Positions 49,901 through 63,014 are shown, counted from the first letter of the stretch. The stretch: 64,000 nucleotides of DNA from Takakia lepidozioides (GCA_030704615.1 CM060732.1:64418001-64482000), one strand, 5' to 3'. The notes: a model not told the origin generated them from the sequence alone. Made by a program: numbers and translations.

Positions 49901-51409
49901 TGCTACATGCCCAATGGCAATTGCGACTGCGGAAGTTGGCGCAACCACTGCTTTACTACTTTACATGAAGTGCTCGAAATTACTTGAAAAATCATTCATA
50001 GTGATTCATGCTTTGGAGTTTTGGTGTTTGTAGTGAGTCGACTAGTAATGCCATACAAGAGAACTAATCATGCATTAGAAATGCACAAACGATGAAAGAC
50101 ATGCCATGAAATAAAATGAAATGAAAATGAATGAAATGAAACAAAATGGTACTTTATTACATCTGCAGAAAGCTCAAAGAGCTTATGGGACAAGTAAAAA
50201 AGCAGCCCAAAAGCTACTGCTGCTCTGGGGATTGCCTAAGGGTCAAGGCCTCGTGCAAGTAAGCTGCCAAGCAGTTCTAATCCTCATAATGCAAGACTTC
50301 AGTGAGTTCCACGGAATAGACCATCTACCCATGGAGGTTTCTTGTAGTTATTGATCCACAGGGAATCATAGGTAATCTTGTGCTTGAAATTTGGCCCTCT
50401 AAGATGAATCTGGACCACACTCTATCCCTGCTCCTTCAGCTATCCATGCCCCCTGCACAAATCATGCATTCATCCTTGCCTTGCTGCTAGTAGCTGACAA
50501 TGACAACCTACATTTGTTCTAGGAAACACCCAACTCAGCTTATCACACTAGTTCCTATGCTCAATTGCGTCTGCTACTCTCTGAAATGTAGCAGGCATTC
50601 ACCTTTTTGCCTCGGTTGTCCCAACATTGACTGGGGGCAGAAAAGAATTCATTCCACAACTTCTCCTCATGTCTGTTACTTGTTTTTTGATACTTTCCTG
50701 TTGTCACATAGCAGTATCATGTCAAAGTCACTCCAAACTAGATTCACTCAACCAGCTAACTTGCAGATTCAACATGGAAATTTTGGGCCGATTCTGATAA
50801 GAGGGAAAAACAGGGTGAAATGTGCTGAAGAAGATGCCTTCATTAACAATGTCTGATTTTATCAATTGTGCCGTTGCTGCCAGTTGACCATCTACCCATG
50901 CAGGTTTCTTGTAGCTTCATAGTTAATCTGGAGCTTGAAGTCCGGCCCTCTTGGGTGAATCTGCTCCCACACTCTATCCTTGCTCCTTCAGCTATCCATG
51001 CCTCGCACGAATCATGCATACAACCTTGCCTTGTTGCTAGCAGTTGACGATGACAACCTAGACTTGTTCTAGGAAGCACCCAACTCAACTTATCACACTA
51101 GTTCCTACGCTCAATTGCATCTGCTTCTCTATATAATCCAACAAACATTCACCTTCTTGCCTCAATTGTCCCCACCATTGACTGGGGTCAGAAAAGTATT
51201 CATTCCACAACTTCCCCTCGTCTGTGTTACCTGTTTTTGATACTTTCCTGTTGTCACATTAGCAAAATCATGTCAAAGTCACTCCAAACTATCAAAGCTT
51301 CACTCAACCAGCTAACTTGCAGAATTCAGACATGAATAATTAGGGGCGATTATGATAAGAGGGGAAAACAAGGTGAAATTGAAGAAGGTGCCTTCATTAG
51401 CAGTCATTA

Positions 51410-51575
51410 CACTCTATCCTTCGCTCAGCCATATTGTTGAACACTCCCTGTCCACAAGGGTATTGTTCAGAATGACATCTGCCACAATTCCAGCTTTGAC
51501 GATGCAACCATGGACCTCTTTGCCCTTCCCCAGCAGGCTCGCACATGCACTACAAACGTAAACAAAACTGGTTGT
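51410..51575 (-). pseudogene. PLS-class PPR fragment
   Basis: FVYVCSACASLLGKGKEVHGCIVKAGIVADVILNNTLVD. Confidence 0.75.
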
Positions 51576-51599
51576 GGCAAACTGGGAGCAATATGTGTC

Positions 51600-54190
51600 A
51601 GAAGAAACCACTGATACAAATTTACAGCTTACAGGCTGTCTCTATCCTCAAAATTGGCAGCACATCACCCGCTGCTATGACATATATTGCCCTAGACACA
51701 CATTGCTCTAACTACCATCCCCCAAGATGCTACCCCCACCAGACTTCTCTCACTTGGGTCCTTGCAAGGCTGACTTCCAGCTTTGACTCTGTGCGTGGGG
51801 CCTATCGGACAACATACACCAGCAAGCCCTCCCCCTATCCTGCATCAATTCATCTCAGTCTTATCAACTGCACAACGTGTGATGGGAGTGAATGCAACAT
51901 GGGAAAGAGCCACAACACATGATGAGCTGTAGGGAAGAAGCAACATCGTGCAAGTAAAGCAAATGATGAAGCAGAAAGACGAGGCAACATGGGAGAACGG
52001 AAATGGGGTCCAAGGGCTGAGAAGGTCAACTGGTCAACAATGAGGAACTGGCTCTGGAGCACTATGTTGATGATTAAAGGGAGCAGCAAATACATGTGGG
52101 GCATCGCAACAAAGTGCATGCCAACGAGGGTCAGAATAGTGCAAGAAAGACTCCACGGATGGTGGGCAGCCAAGGGAGATGCAGTGAGACAAGGCACTCA
52201 TGGCAAGGGAGCTGCCAAGACAAAACAGTTGATTAAGCTACGGAGAAAAAGGAAAGCACAAGATCAACTACGAGGAAAAGTAGCAATTCAGGCATGGGAG
52301 CTGCTGCTAAAACATGAGGAGGAAGACATACGAGGTGAAGCATCAAGGGAACCGGTAGAAGATGAGGAAGATGGAGCACACTTTCATGTCAAAGGTTGGC
52401 GGTCGAAGAATGCAACCCAGCAATCAAAAAGTGAGGCACCCGAGGCTGGACTGCTGCAAAGAGGTACAAAGACAGGAGCTGAGAATGAGATGTTGCCTTT
52501 CGTTGAAGTTCCCCACACAATGGTTGTTTGGCAAGCAAAACCCCAGGCAAGGATGAGAGGTGAATTTGGGATAAAACCAGCAGCTGGAAGTGAGGAAAGA
52601 CACAAGGAAGGGCAGCAATACCTTGTCAAATCTAAGGGTGATGACTGAAGAAAATTAAACAAGGACTGGAAGTATGGGAGCAGCAATCGCATGAAGAAAA
52701 ATCTGCCTGAGAGGCTGAAGAGTGAAAGGGAGGAAGACAGGCACCTCGCTTATGAAAAGTGGAAGGGCAGGGTAGAAAACCTGATGCCTGAAATTGATGG
52801 GAGCTCGTGGGAGACTCTGCCAAGAAGACTCCAATCAGCTGCTGCCAACAATCGGACTAGTGAAAGATCGCCCTTGGCTGGCGCAACACCACGAAATAAA
52901 TGCAGCCCTGATAGCATGGTGAGTGGGGCACCAACAGAGCCACAAAATGAGGGAGAAGGAGGAGACTTCCCTGCCAAGAAAGTCAATGACGGGCTTGCAG
53001 TGGCATGCAAGGAAAGGGACACCGTAAGTGTTGCCAACAGATGCAAATCAGTGCTCATTCATTCGAAAGCACCACGGGAGATGAAGGAAAAGACACATGC
53101 AGGGACGTTGAAGCATAAAAGAGGAGAGCACTTCACTTGGGAAGAAAGTGAAGCATTGGAGAACGAGGCTGATGACTGGCAGTCTGAAAAGGAAAGGCGG
53201 TTGTGGGAAACCCTGCCAAGACAACCATATGGAGAGAATCAAGCAGGTGGGAACTGCCCTTCATTGGGGTGGTGCAAACAAGAGCAAGACCAGAAGCTGA
53301 ACCACATGAGAAGATAGTGTGTCTTTACGGATGGAGACCCTGGAAAATGCTCTGCCCAGGAGATGAAGAACATTAGGCAACTAGAAACGTGGGGGGCTGA
53401 ATATGCTCTGCAGTCAACTTGGCTTGTTGAATGCTTGCATAAGAGATGAGGGGTTGCTGTCAGTACACGACATTGAGTTCATCAAATCCTACAACAGCCC
53501 ACATCGCTACCCACTGCTTACAAATTGCCACAAAAACAGTTTCACAGGACTTATAGATGATTGGTGGAAGGCAAGGCCCCTCGCCATGGGCCAGATTAAT
53601 TGTATGTTGCAGCCCAGAACAACGACGGTAGGGCAGCAAACCCCATCTTGGCAGCGTCTTTTGTGTGAGAGAAGTCAAGCTGAACCTGCTCATCATATCG
53701 AGTGGGATGGACCAGATGTAAAGCTGCCAAGCCAACCACACTCATATTCGCACTCAAGCAACATAAGCTGGAGCCATTTTCAGATTATGAGTACCCGTGT
53801 TTTAAGAATACTCCTTCTTCAACTTGCGGTGAATGGGCAGAAAACTTCACAATGTGCAGCAGATTAATGGACCAAGATACGGAGCTGAATTGGGTATCCA
53901 GTTAGGCAATGCTGGTTTCAAAACCCCGTTCCATCCCTGCGTTTCGAAGATCTGGCTTGAATGGGCACACTCCGGCAGTGGAAGGCTCACGGAGTAATGA
54001 GTTTGGGCTGATATGCATGCTGACATGCCATGCCGGTGCAAAGAACAACGTTCTGAGTGGCGATTGTGATCTCAAAATCTGCCCCTGCATTCAAGCTGAT
54101 TTCTCTCTCGAGCAGAGCCGCCTTGTGGATGTTCCAGCCAGTGTCCAAAAACAGCTCAAGTGCAAGACAACAACATCAGCAAGGCATGGT
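51600..54190 (+). mobile_element. Possible degenerate non-LTR (LINE-like) remnant
   Basis: A Cys/His knuckle-like segment is followed by purine-rich low-complexity ORFs (51989-52648, 52691-53317) and Trp-rich fragments. No intact RT motif is seen. Confidence 0.3.
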
Positions 54191-54229
54191 TAGCTAAGCA
54201 AGGTCATGGTGGAGAGGCATTTGAACTCT

Positions 54230-55040
54230 CTGAACGTAATGTGGTCGGACTTCACCCCCTCCCACATCAACTGCTCATAGGTCTCCAAAACCTGCAATCC
54301 ATGCCCCTGTTGTGCATGTCCTGCGATCATCACTTTCCACGACACCACATTTCGCTCAGCCATATTGTTGAACACTCCCTATCTAGAAGGGTATTCATGT
54401 TCAGAATGACATCTACCACAATTCCAGCTTTGACGATGCAACCATGGACCTCTTTGCCCTTCTCCAACAGGCTCGCACATGCACTACAAACACAAACAAA
54501 CGTAATGTGCTCGGGCTTCACCCCCTAGACCCACATCATTTGCTCATAGGTCTCCAAAACCCACAATCCCCGCCCATGTTGTGCATGTCATGCGATCATC
54601 ACGTTCCACCACACCACATTTCGCTCAGCCATATTGTTAAACACTCCTTGTCCACAAGGGAATGCTCCCACGTTTGGCATACATGTCGACGAGGTATTGT
54701 TACATCTGGTACAGTTCCAGCTTTGACAATGTCATGATGGACCTCTTTGCCCTTTACCAAGTCTCCAGGGCTGCCAGGTTTGCACATGCATTGCAAACAC
54801 AAATGAACGTGACCCGGTCAGGCTGCACCTCTTCTCAACATTTGCTCATATGTCTCCAATACCCTCATCCCGCACACATGCTGGCCATATCTTGCGAGAT
54901 TCAGCGTGTTCCTTGAGACAACATCTTGTTCAGCCATGTTATCAAACTCTCCCTTCGCAACTTCATAGGTCTCCAAAGCCTCCATCCCACGTCCCTGCTG
55001 TGCATACCATGCAAGCATCGCACTCCACGACACTACATCT
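54230..55040 (-). pseudogene. Tandem degenerate PLS-class PPR fragments
   Basis: DVVSWSAMLAWYAQQGRGMEALE, FNNMAERNVVSWKVMIAGHAQQG and KPEHITFVCVCSACASL, repeated 3-4 times. Confidence 0.85.
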
Positions 55041-55974
55041 CGGCAAAACAGGCTGAAATAGCTCGAAGAAGAAGGTGCCCTCACCACATTGTCCTCTACC
55101 TTGTGTCATGACCCATTGCGGATTAGACTGACCATGAACCCAAGAAGACCTCTTGTGCGTGTTGTTTGTATCTCTAGTCAGGTAATGTGGGATTGGTTCG
55201 TAAGAACCACCACGGTGCAGCTGAGCGGGCAGAGATAAAATATGGGTTGCTAAGACCAAGCTGATTCCCCCAAGAACCTTGTGATCATCAGGAAGAATAC
55301 CAAATCATGGTACAAAGGGGAGCCAAGAGCCCACATTTGCACATAATGCGCCCTTGACGCCATAAACGCTTGCAACAACAAGACATGGGCCTCGATTTGG
55401 TCTTCGTCCTTCTCGCATCACTTGTTCGTCTCTCTCTCAAGCCTCCATCCCTCTCCCAACACTTAGACAAATTCAGGCAAAGGACAAAGTTACTCTTCCA
55501 CCCTTAGATCATTTTACATCTGACGATTAGAACAATCTCTATGAGCCACACAAGCCCTAAAATACATTAAAATATTCCACGTCATGAGCCATGTGGAGCA
55601 CTTATAAAAATTCCATTTTTGAATAGGGTGTGCAATGAATGCCTAGTTGTTAAGAGTCGTTCTCTAGTGCTTAAAACCACTTGTAATTGCTGTTTTTAAA
55701 AAAAAAACAATTTACGTAATTGAATTAAATCGCCGCGAATATTGTGCCGACTGCGGAGTCATTGATGCAACTTCTATCCGCCATTAGAAATGTGAATTTA
55801 TCCGTTACGACTGTGCAGTAGTAACAAACATCTCAAAGTTGTTCCCTCAGTGGTTTTGGACATGCAGTCGATTCCGAAAAGACACGAATGCTTCTAGTGG
55901 TTCGTCCCTCCGTCGGCAGACTGTCTACTTCTGAGGACATGACATTTTCCGCCCATGCTGCAAATGTGGGATCA

Positions 55975-57125
55975 ATCCACTTGGAGAAGTGCTCCACCAT
56001 CACCAACACGTACTTGTTGTGGCCCATGGTCAGTGGCAACGGCCCTGCGAAGTCAAGACTCCACCTGTAGCCCAATCCCATGATCGAAAGAGGGTGCAAT
56101 TGTGGAGTAGGGGCGTTGAATGAAGCACGCACCCTGTCACACACCATGCACCTAGCCACAAATTGTTGCACCTCTGTGTGCATACCACGCCACCAATATT
56201 GCCCCTGCAGTAGACTATAAGTGCATCGCACCCCAAAATGCCTCAACTCCTCATGGGCATGGCGCACTAACCGTGCCCGCTGTGTTGGGTGAGGCACAAT
56301 CCTCACTCGACCATCCTCCCACACTCGGAGCAGGTGTGTCCCCTCCCACTTGAACCTCTTGGCTCGTTGTAGGATCCGATCCCTCTCCTTGGCAGTCACA
56401 GTGGATGTCGTGTCTCCAGTGCGGAGGTAGTCCAACACAACTGAATCCTCATGTATATCTTTGGCGTCACCTTGCTCATTGCTGGCCTCAGGGTCCTCAG
56501 ACACTTGATCTACAGTCATCCCTGTTGCAGGTCCAACCTGGCCTTCCGTTGCCAAGATACACAAAAATGCAGATGCATGCCATCCGGGCACCATCTCCTT
56601 GTCCGTCTCACCATGCCACCAAGCTCCAGTGTCATCCTGTTGGCTCGTGCATGGATTGCAACTCAACCCATCTGCATTGCGATTGACCAAACCCGGTCGA
56701 TGCACCACCTGAAAGTCATACTCTTGAAGGATGAGTGCCCACCGTGCAAGCTTCCCCGTAAGCTTGTCTGACTCCATCAACCACTTGAGTGGTTGGTGAT
56801 CCGTGACAAGGGTGAAGAGATTGCCGTATAGATAGCACCTGAAGTGTGCCACGGCCCACACTGCAGCTAAGCATTCTCCCTCATATGAGCTATACTTAGA
56901 CTCTGCAGCATTGTTCGAGCGGCTAGCATAAGCCACTACGAACTCTCTTCCCTCATCATCCACCTGTGTGAGCACCGCTCCAAGCCCCAGCATGCTCCAA
57001 TCTGTATGCAGTTGAAAATGACGCCCCCTGATAGGTCGTCTCAAGATGGGCGCCGAGGTCAACCTCGCCTTGAGCTCTTGAAAAGCTTGTTCTTGCTCAT
57101 CTTCCCATTGCCACTCCTGGTCCAC
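55975..57125 (-). pseudogene. RNase H plus integrase (zinc finger and start of the core)
   Basis: LHTDWS, YEGECLA, TDH and NADGLS; HEELRH..CMVC, SLDFAGP and EHFSKW, followed by an abrupt break. Confidence 0.95.
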
Positions 57126-57139
57126 CTTGGTCAGCTTGG

Positions 57140-57964
57140 TTAGAGCCTTTGCAATGACACTGAATCCCTTAACCCCATGAAAGCTCGAACTCGGCTCACA
57201 TCCGTGGGGCGTGGAACCTGTGCAATGGACTCTACCTTAGTCTGCTGTACCCCCAATCCTCCAGGATATATCATGTGACCCAGATACTCAATCTGGTTGT
57301 GGAAAAACTTGCACTTGCCTGGATGTAACTTCAATCCGTGCGTCCTTAAGCGCTCAAATACCCCCTGAAGGTGTCTCTCATGCTCCTCCACCGTAGCACT
57401 AAAGATGATGATGTCATCTATGTAGCACCGAGCAAACTCCACCCCTGCTAGAATCCTGTCCATGACTCTTTGAAACTCAGCTGGAGCGTTTTTAAGCCCA
57501 AATGGTAAGAACCGCCACTGGTATAGGCAATCCTTCCCGTGCTCATTGATCCCCCAGAATGCCGTCTTTTGCTTATCCGCCTCCTTGATCGGCAACTGGT
57601 GATATCCGGATCGTAAATCCAACGTGCTAAAGACCTTGGAATGCCCAATGGCATCAAAGATCTCATCTGGTGTTGGCATGGCATACCTATCGGACTTGGT
57701 CTGACGATTTACAGGTCGGTAATCACCGCACATACGTCTCTCCGTCCAATTGCCATAGACATCCTTCTTAGCTGGCATCACTGTGGCTGAAGCATACTCT
57801 CCACCAGAGAGCTCCACCAAACCTGCCTCCCAGAGATCTTGAGTCCTCATCTGAATCAAAGACCTCTCCATGTCACTGTATCTATAGGGTCTCCGAAAGA
57901 TTGGCGTGTCAGTGGCCAACTCAATACGGATCTCTTGACCCTTCAGTGCTCCCAAGTCCTTCAA
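57140..57964 (-). pseudogene. Reverse transcriptase
   Basis: RMCGDYR, LDLRSGYHQ, PFGLKNAP, YIDD and YLGH. A small deletion after FMGL shifts the frame to KGFSVIAK. Confidence 0.95.
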
Positions 57965-58379
57965 ACTGAAGACAAAGCAATTCCTGTAAGCCCTCAGGAA
58001 CCGCCGTATACGTCGTCTCTCTCCTCCGGTGACAATGGGTCCAATGTCAGGCTCCCAATTGTCCTCCGTAACTGCAACCTTAAGTCCAGTGGGCTTAGAG
58101 GTAGATGACGCGTCCCGTGGTTGCTATGCTGCAACCTCTTGAGCAGTACTCCCTTCCTGCTCAGTCAATGACAAGGCCTCATCCTGCCCCATCATCTCAT
58201 CATTGAGAACCTCCTCAACCCGAAAAGAATCCCCAACCTCATCCATCACAGCTGCCTTGGCTGCCAACTCCCTTTGAACCTCGAGCACCTCTCACGTGTG
58301 CCATGGATATCTACACCCGTGGTCCTCACCGGCTCGCCCCCACTCGCTGCCTGTACTGTCTCGGTAGGCAGAGAGACCA

Positions 58380-59545
58380 TGAAGGGGAGTGCACTCCGTA
58401 CTCTACGTTGCTCAGCCATAGCCAAGCTGATAATCCAGGTCAAGCAATTGAGATCCATTGCTTGCCCCAACACCTGACGCCGTGATGCCTCAGAAAGAGA
58501 AGGCACCGCCGTGGTCCCAGTGGAAAACCCCATAGCCCGCTCTCGCTCGTCGGCATTAGGCTCCACTAACTGCTGCAACTGAGCATCCCACAGGAGGCCA
58601 GGTCCACCATCCCGAAAAGCATGGGATCCTGGGAAGCTGAGCAGTGTAGGTAATGCTGCTCGTGGTTGACCCACCCTGTTGACCACTGCCAAAGGCGAAC
58701 GGTCATCGTGTCTCACACGTTGAGACTGCCTCCCTGTGTCCAAAATGCCATCCACGGTGAGGTGTGCTGGCCGTTGCACCCCATCAAATGCACGCTTGAG
58801 CAGTGCGGGTGGCATCAAGTTAGTCCACCATAGCCGTGGACGATGAGTCCGTGATCCCATTGCAGTTGCATCCAGCAGCACTGCTGACCCAAGCCACGAC
58901 CGGACTTGATGCACACTAGCCATCACCCTGGCCCGAGAATCGCCCATCAGTGGCACATTCTCCAAGATATATGCTGGCGATACAGCTTGATGAAGCTGCA
59001 AGTGGCACAAAATCCGCACCATCTCCCAAAACAGACCCGTCCTCGAGTCTCGCAATCCATTGCCATGCCCGGCTGATGAATGCCCTTGGCAGGGCCAACC
59101 TGCCACTACCAGATCAATGGAGCCAACCTGCTCCAAATCCGGCGCCCCCAGCAACGAAATGTCTGCTGGCAAGGCTTGTTGGTATCCACGAACTGCAGAC
59201 ACTGGCAACAAAGCAGGGTACTGCTGTACCAACTGAGCAACATGGCGCAGTGAGACGCGTGATAGAAAAGCTAAGTACACACTGTTGACACAAAACATGA
59301 CAACCAAAACCATCACTCTTTAGAATAGAAGTCGAGCCAGGGGCACCCCAAGCTGTGGGGACTCCACCCCACAACAACCTACACTCCCATCATGAGCACA
59401 CTCAGTCCTACACGATGAAGGAGCTCGATCGCGTAGGCTCATCCCTCTCCACATACAGGTAACGCCTTACCCGCACACCTGCCTGTAGCACAGCAGCCAA
59501 TCCGGTGCTGATCCCGCCAAACAAGTCCAAAAGCCAAATGCCTTC
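58380..59545 (-). pseudogene. C5 DNA-cytosine methyltransferase domain within the retrotransposon polyprotein
   Basis: Motif I LDLFGGISTG, II YVERD, IV GWPCQG (catalytic Cys), VI ENV, VIII RPRLWW, IX ERERAMGF and X LGQAMD. The domain is split by an insertion at 59261-59429. Confidence 0.93.
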
Positions 59546-62494
59546 ATCTGGATACTGCCACACAATAGGTGTGGTATCCAATGGTGACAACTGAGGTGGT
59601 CCTGGTGCAATACCCGCACTCTCCTCCTCTCCTGACGGTACAAAAGCCTCTACCCAGGCTTGTTGCACCTGTCGATCAGCAACCTGCTGCAAATCCTTGC
59701 TCGTACCCCACAATGGAGTGTGAGCAACCATGGCAGGCAACTCCGCCATACCATGCATGTCATCCTGCTCTGCTGGAGGTGACACATCCTCTGCATGGGC
59801 ATTGCCTTCCAGCAACTCTCCAGGCCAACTAACTGCAGCTGTAAAGGCGGCTAATGTTGGCATCTTGCCCCGTTGGGCAGCCGCAATACCCCCAATGAAT
59901 GTCACAGGGAGCTGTGCACGACGACCATCCCCTGACTGCCATCCAAGCCTATAGGATGCTGACTCCTCCCAAAAGTCCAGGGTGAAGCCTATGGGATATA
60001 ACACTGCCCCACCAACGAGGACATTGTAAGAGACTGCGTCTGTCACAATGGCCTTGACCCGCATCACTGAGCCATCTACAGGATGATCCGGCTGCAATCT
60101 AATGGCCAACTGATGCCGTGTCATGCCCCGAGCCTGCTCTGATCCTCCCAGAGATGTCTGTATCTGGAAATGACAAGGCTCCATATCCGCCTCCATGAGG
60201 CCCAAACCTGCAATAGCAGCTCTGCCCAACATCAGTGGCTGGGCTCCCGAGTCTAACAAGACCCGCAGTGGCCGGTACTTCTTGCCTGCCGGTCCACTCA
60301 AAGTGAAAATGCCTCCCTGGTTGTCTAACAAGACAACTCCAGGTGTCACCATGGCGCGCTCAAAGGCTGGCCTAGCTGACAGCTCCGTCAACCTGACAGC
60401 TGCAGCTTGCCAGGGCGCAGCCGTGGCAGTCTTGACCCTCAAATCCGAGGATCCCTCTGCCACTACACCTTCCACTAACTCCGCAGAAGATGAAGTGACC
60501 TCCCCACTCTCACAGAGTGTTGCTGCTAGTCGGAACACTGCAGCTGGTCTCACCCCCGGCGTCGCAATCATTGTTGCCGAGAACAGTGGGGCCTGACACA
60601 CAGAGGTGGCTACCCCCAATAACACACCGGCCGCACTAGCCTTGGCAACAGGTGTCAGTGCTGCACGTGTAGCTCTCCCCAATGGCATAGAAACCTCCGC
60701 CTCGGTAACAGTCGGGCGAGAACTAGGTGCCATGGATGGCGTTGACACTGTCTCCGCCAAGGTGAATGACTGAGGCAGCCTTTCCTGACGGTTTGCCTCC
60801 CCACGTTGTGGATCCAACTCCACCTCTGCACCTCGTGGCTCAGGAACTCGTGCTGCTCCTCGAGTCACGGCTGCAGCAGACTCCATCTGCTCTAGTGGTA
60901 GTGCTGCTCCGCACATGAATCCCATGCCTCCCATATCTCCTCCCTCAGGAGCAGGAGGTGGACCATCCCGCCTGGGAGCCGGTACCGCCTGAGCTATAGC
61001 CATGGCAGCGAGTCTCTGCTCTAGCTGCTGAAGCCGATTGGCCATGCCTTGGTCAACACCCTGACCTCCGCGTCCTTGGCCATGTGGAGCTTGCCCTTGG
61101 CCTGCACCTCGTGCCCGACCACCTCGTCCTCTTTGGGCTGGTCCACCTCGCCCCCGACCACCATTGTTCCCTTGGAACTGGCCTGGGCGCAACTCAGGAT
61201 GCAAGTCATAACACTAGGCATCTCCATGCCCATACTTGCCACAATGCCCACACTGCAACTGTGCAGGCTGTGCTTGTGCCGGCCTTTTGCCACTCTCTGG
61301 GCAATCTCTCTTGACATGGGGTCCTCCATATGTCCAACATATCACCCCTGGTTGCTGTTGGCCTGCAAAAGATGCCACGGGCCTCTGCACCTGAGGTCCC
61401 CTGTAAGCTCCATGGAACTTGGGCTGGGCAACCTTGCCCCCCTGACCACGCTGTTGGGCAGTCCCTTGTGCCTGTGGGCTGACAGCTGTGCCCCGTGCAG
61501 GCATGTCCTTGCCAAATCCAATTGTAACAACTCGCTCCTCCACCATGTTGAGCTCAATTCGCTCAGCCAGCAGAAACACATCTGCTAATGTGGGTTGGGC
61601 TGCTTGTAACAGGGTTGCATCTCGCACCCTTCTCTTGAGCTCCTTGTCCAGTATTCCATACCAAAACTGGATTGCCTGAGCTTCAGTAACCCCTTGGGTC
61701 ACACTTATCAAGCGCCTCATACGAGTGTACGCCTCTCGCAGGCTCTCATTGGGTTTGCGCTGGAAGTCTTGCAAACTTCGCAGCTTCTCTGTCCGTACAC
61801 CTTGGTAGTTCCTCCGCAACTCCTGGAAGAACTCCACCACCGGGTTGAATCTAGGCACATATGTTGTAGTCGTGGCAGGAGAAGTAGTAGCACCTTTTGA
61901 ACTGGTACCACCTGCAGAAGTACCAGCACTACTTGCTCCACTACTAGTGCTGGCAGTGGGAGCTATTGGTACTGATGCAGCTACTGGTCGTGTCGTGCCT
62001 CGAGTAATGGAGACGTAGTCAGGTGACCAATACATCCTCCACTCCTCAATCTCTGCTTCATGTCCTCGCCTGAACTCGTGGTAATCGTCCATAGGCGGGC
62101 CTTCCAAATGCTGGAACAGTCCCTTCCACGCCATGAATGGGGTGAATAGCTGTGGATTGCGCATCTGCGGCAAATCACACCAGCTGTCGAACTCCTGGAT
62201 AAAGTCATCCAACTCGATTGTGCCCACAGCTCCAGAGTACCTACGAGGCCCCTTGGTAGCTCCATACATCTCCTCCATGTCGTCCCACAACAATGACGAA
62301 TGAAAGTGCACACCTGTTGATGAAGCCTCCGAGTCTGTGTCTGACTCTACAGTAATTGAGGGTGGCGGTGAAGGTGGTCTGAACCGAATACCTCGTCTTG
62401 TGAACCCACTCTCACTGTTACTGCCTGTAGCCGTACTCCCCTCAAAACCCTTGGGTAACTCCGTAATGACACTCACAATGTGCACCTCCTCCAT
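59546..62494 (-). pseudogene. Gag (two zinc knuckles, RGG tract) and aspartic protease
   Basis: ORFs 61214-62494 and 59408-61204 are in frame across a single TAG. Motifs: CGHCGKYGH..*C and VLLDSGAQ. Confidence 0.9.
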
Positions 62495-63014
62495 GTGACA
62501 CTATAAGGCTCTAGTACTAAGCTAATAGTGACACGGGTGGGCACCTGTTGCAGTTTAAGGGTCATATCCTAGTGGCTCAGGGCACCTGCACCTGCATCCA
62601 CCGCAAGAACTCCTATGGTTGGCTGGTCATCAACCCAGCCTCACCATAGAAGAAACACTGGTGGTCTTGCTGGTCATCACTCCAGCCTCACCACCGACAG
62701 CATACTCTAGGATTGACCGGTGATCAAATCCGGCCTAATCCCTATGAAAGCAAGCGCCCACACAAAACCAACATGGCGCACAGTCAAGCATGCAGGTGTT
62801 GGGGGGGGATCCAAACACAAGAAATCAAAACATCAACACCCCCACACCAAAATCCAGCTGCAATGCTGATCCTGCAGAATAGCCCAGCCCAAAACCCCGG
62901 ACTGACTGGCCTCCACCAAGAGAGGCTTTGGCAACTACAAGTACAAGGTAATGAAAATAGTACAGAGATGGAGGGAAAGAATAGAAGCCCGACCAAGCAA
63001 GATCTAATCCTGAT

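Larger units (their letters stand above)
48160..51340. repeat. Mosaic of local segmental duplications
   Basis: GACCATCTACCCATG...CACTCTATCC.TGCTCCTTCAGCTATCCATGCC at ~48208, ~50320 and ~50887. ATCATGTCAAAGTCACTCC at ~49405, ~50716 and ~51267. 50400-50820 resembles 50950-51380. Confidence 0.8.
55975..62940 (-). mobile_element. Ty3/Gypsy retrotransposon with domain order gag-PR-DNMT-RT-RNaseH-IN, 3'-truncated in integrase; LTRs not delimited
   Basis: All domains lie on the minus strand in Gypsy order and can be restored to one frame by repairing a few stops, small indels and one 169-bp insertion. Confidence 0.95.

Noticed and set aside
59256-59434. 5-bp target-site duplication or spliceosomal intron in the DNMT domain
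   Set aside because: Deleting one CGCGT copy leaves a frameshift, and nearby GT/AG sites have incompatible phases.
62613-62696. Hammerhead ribozyme (UGAUGA motif in the retroelement leader)
   Set aside because: The motif is U/GUGAUGA in a terminal loop rather than CUGAUGA, and there is no GAAA or three-way junction.
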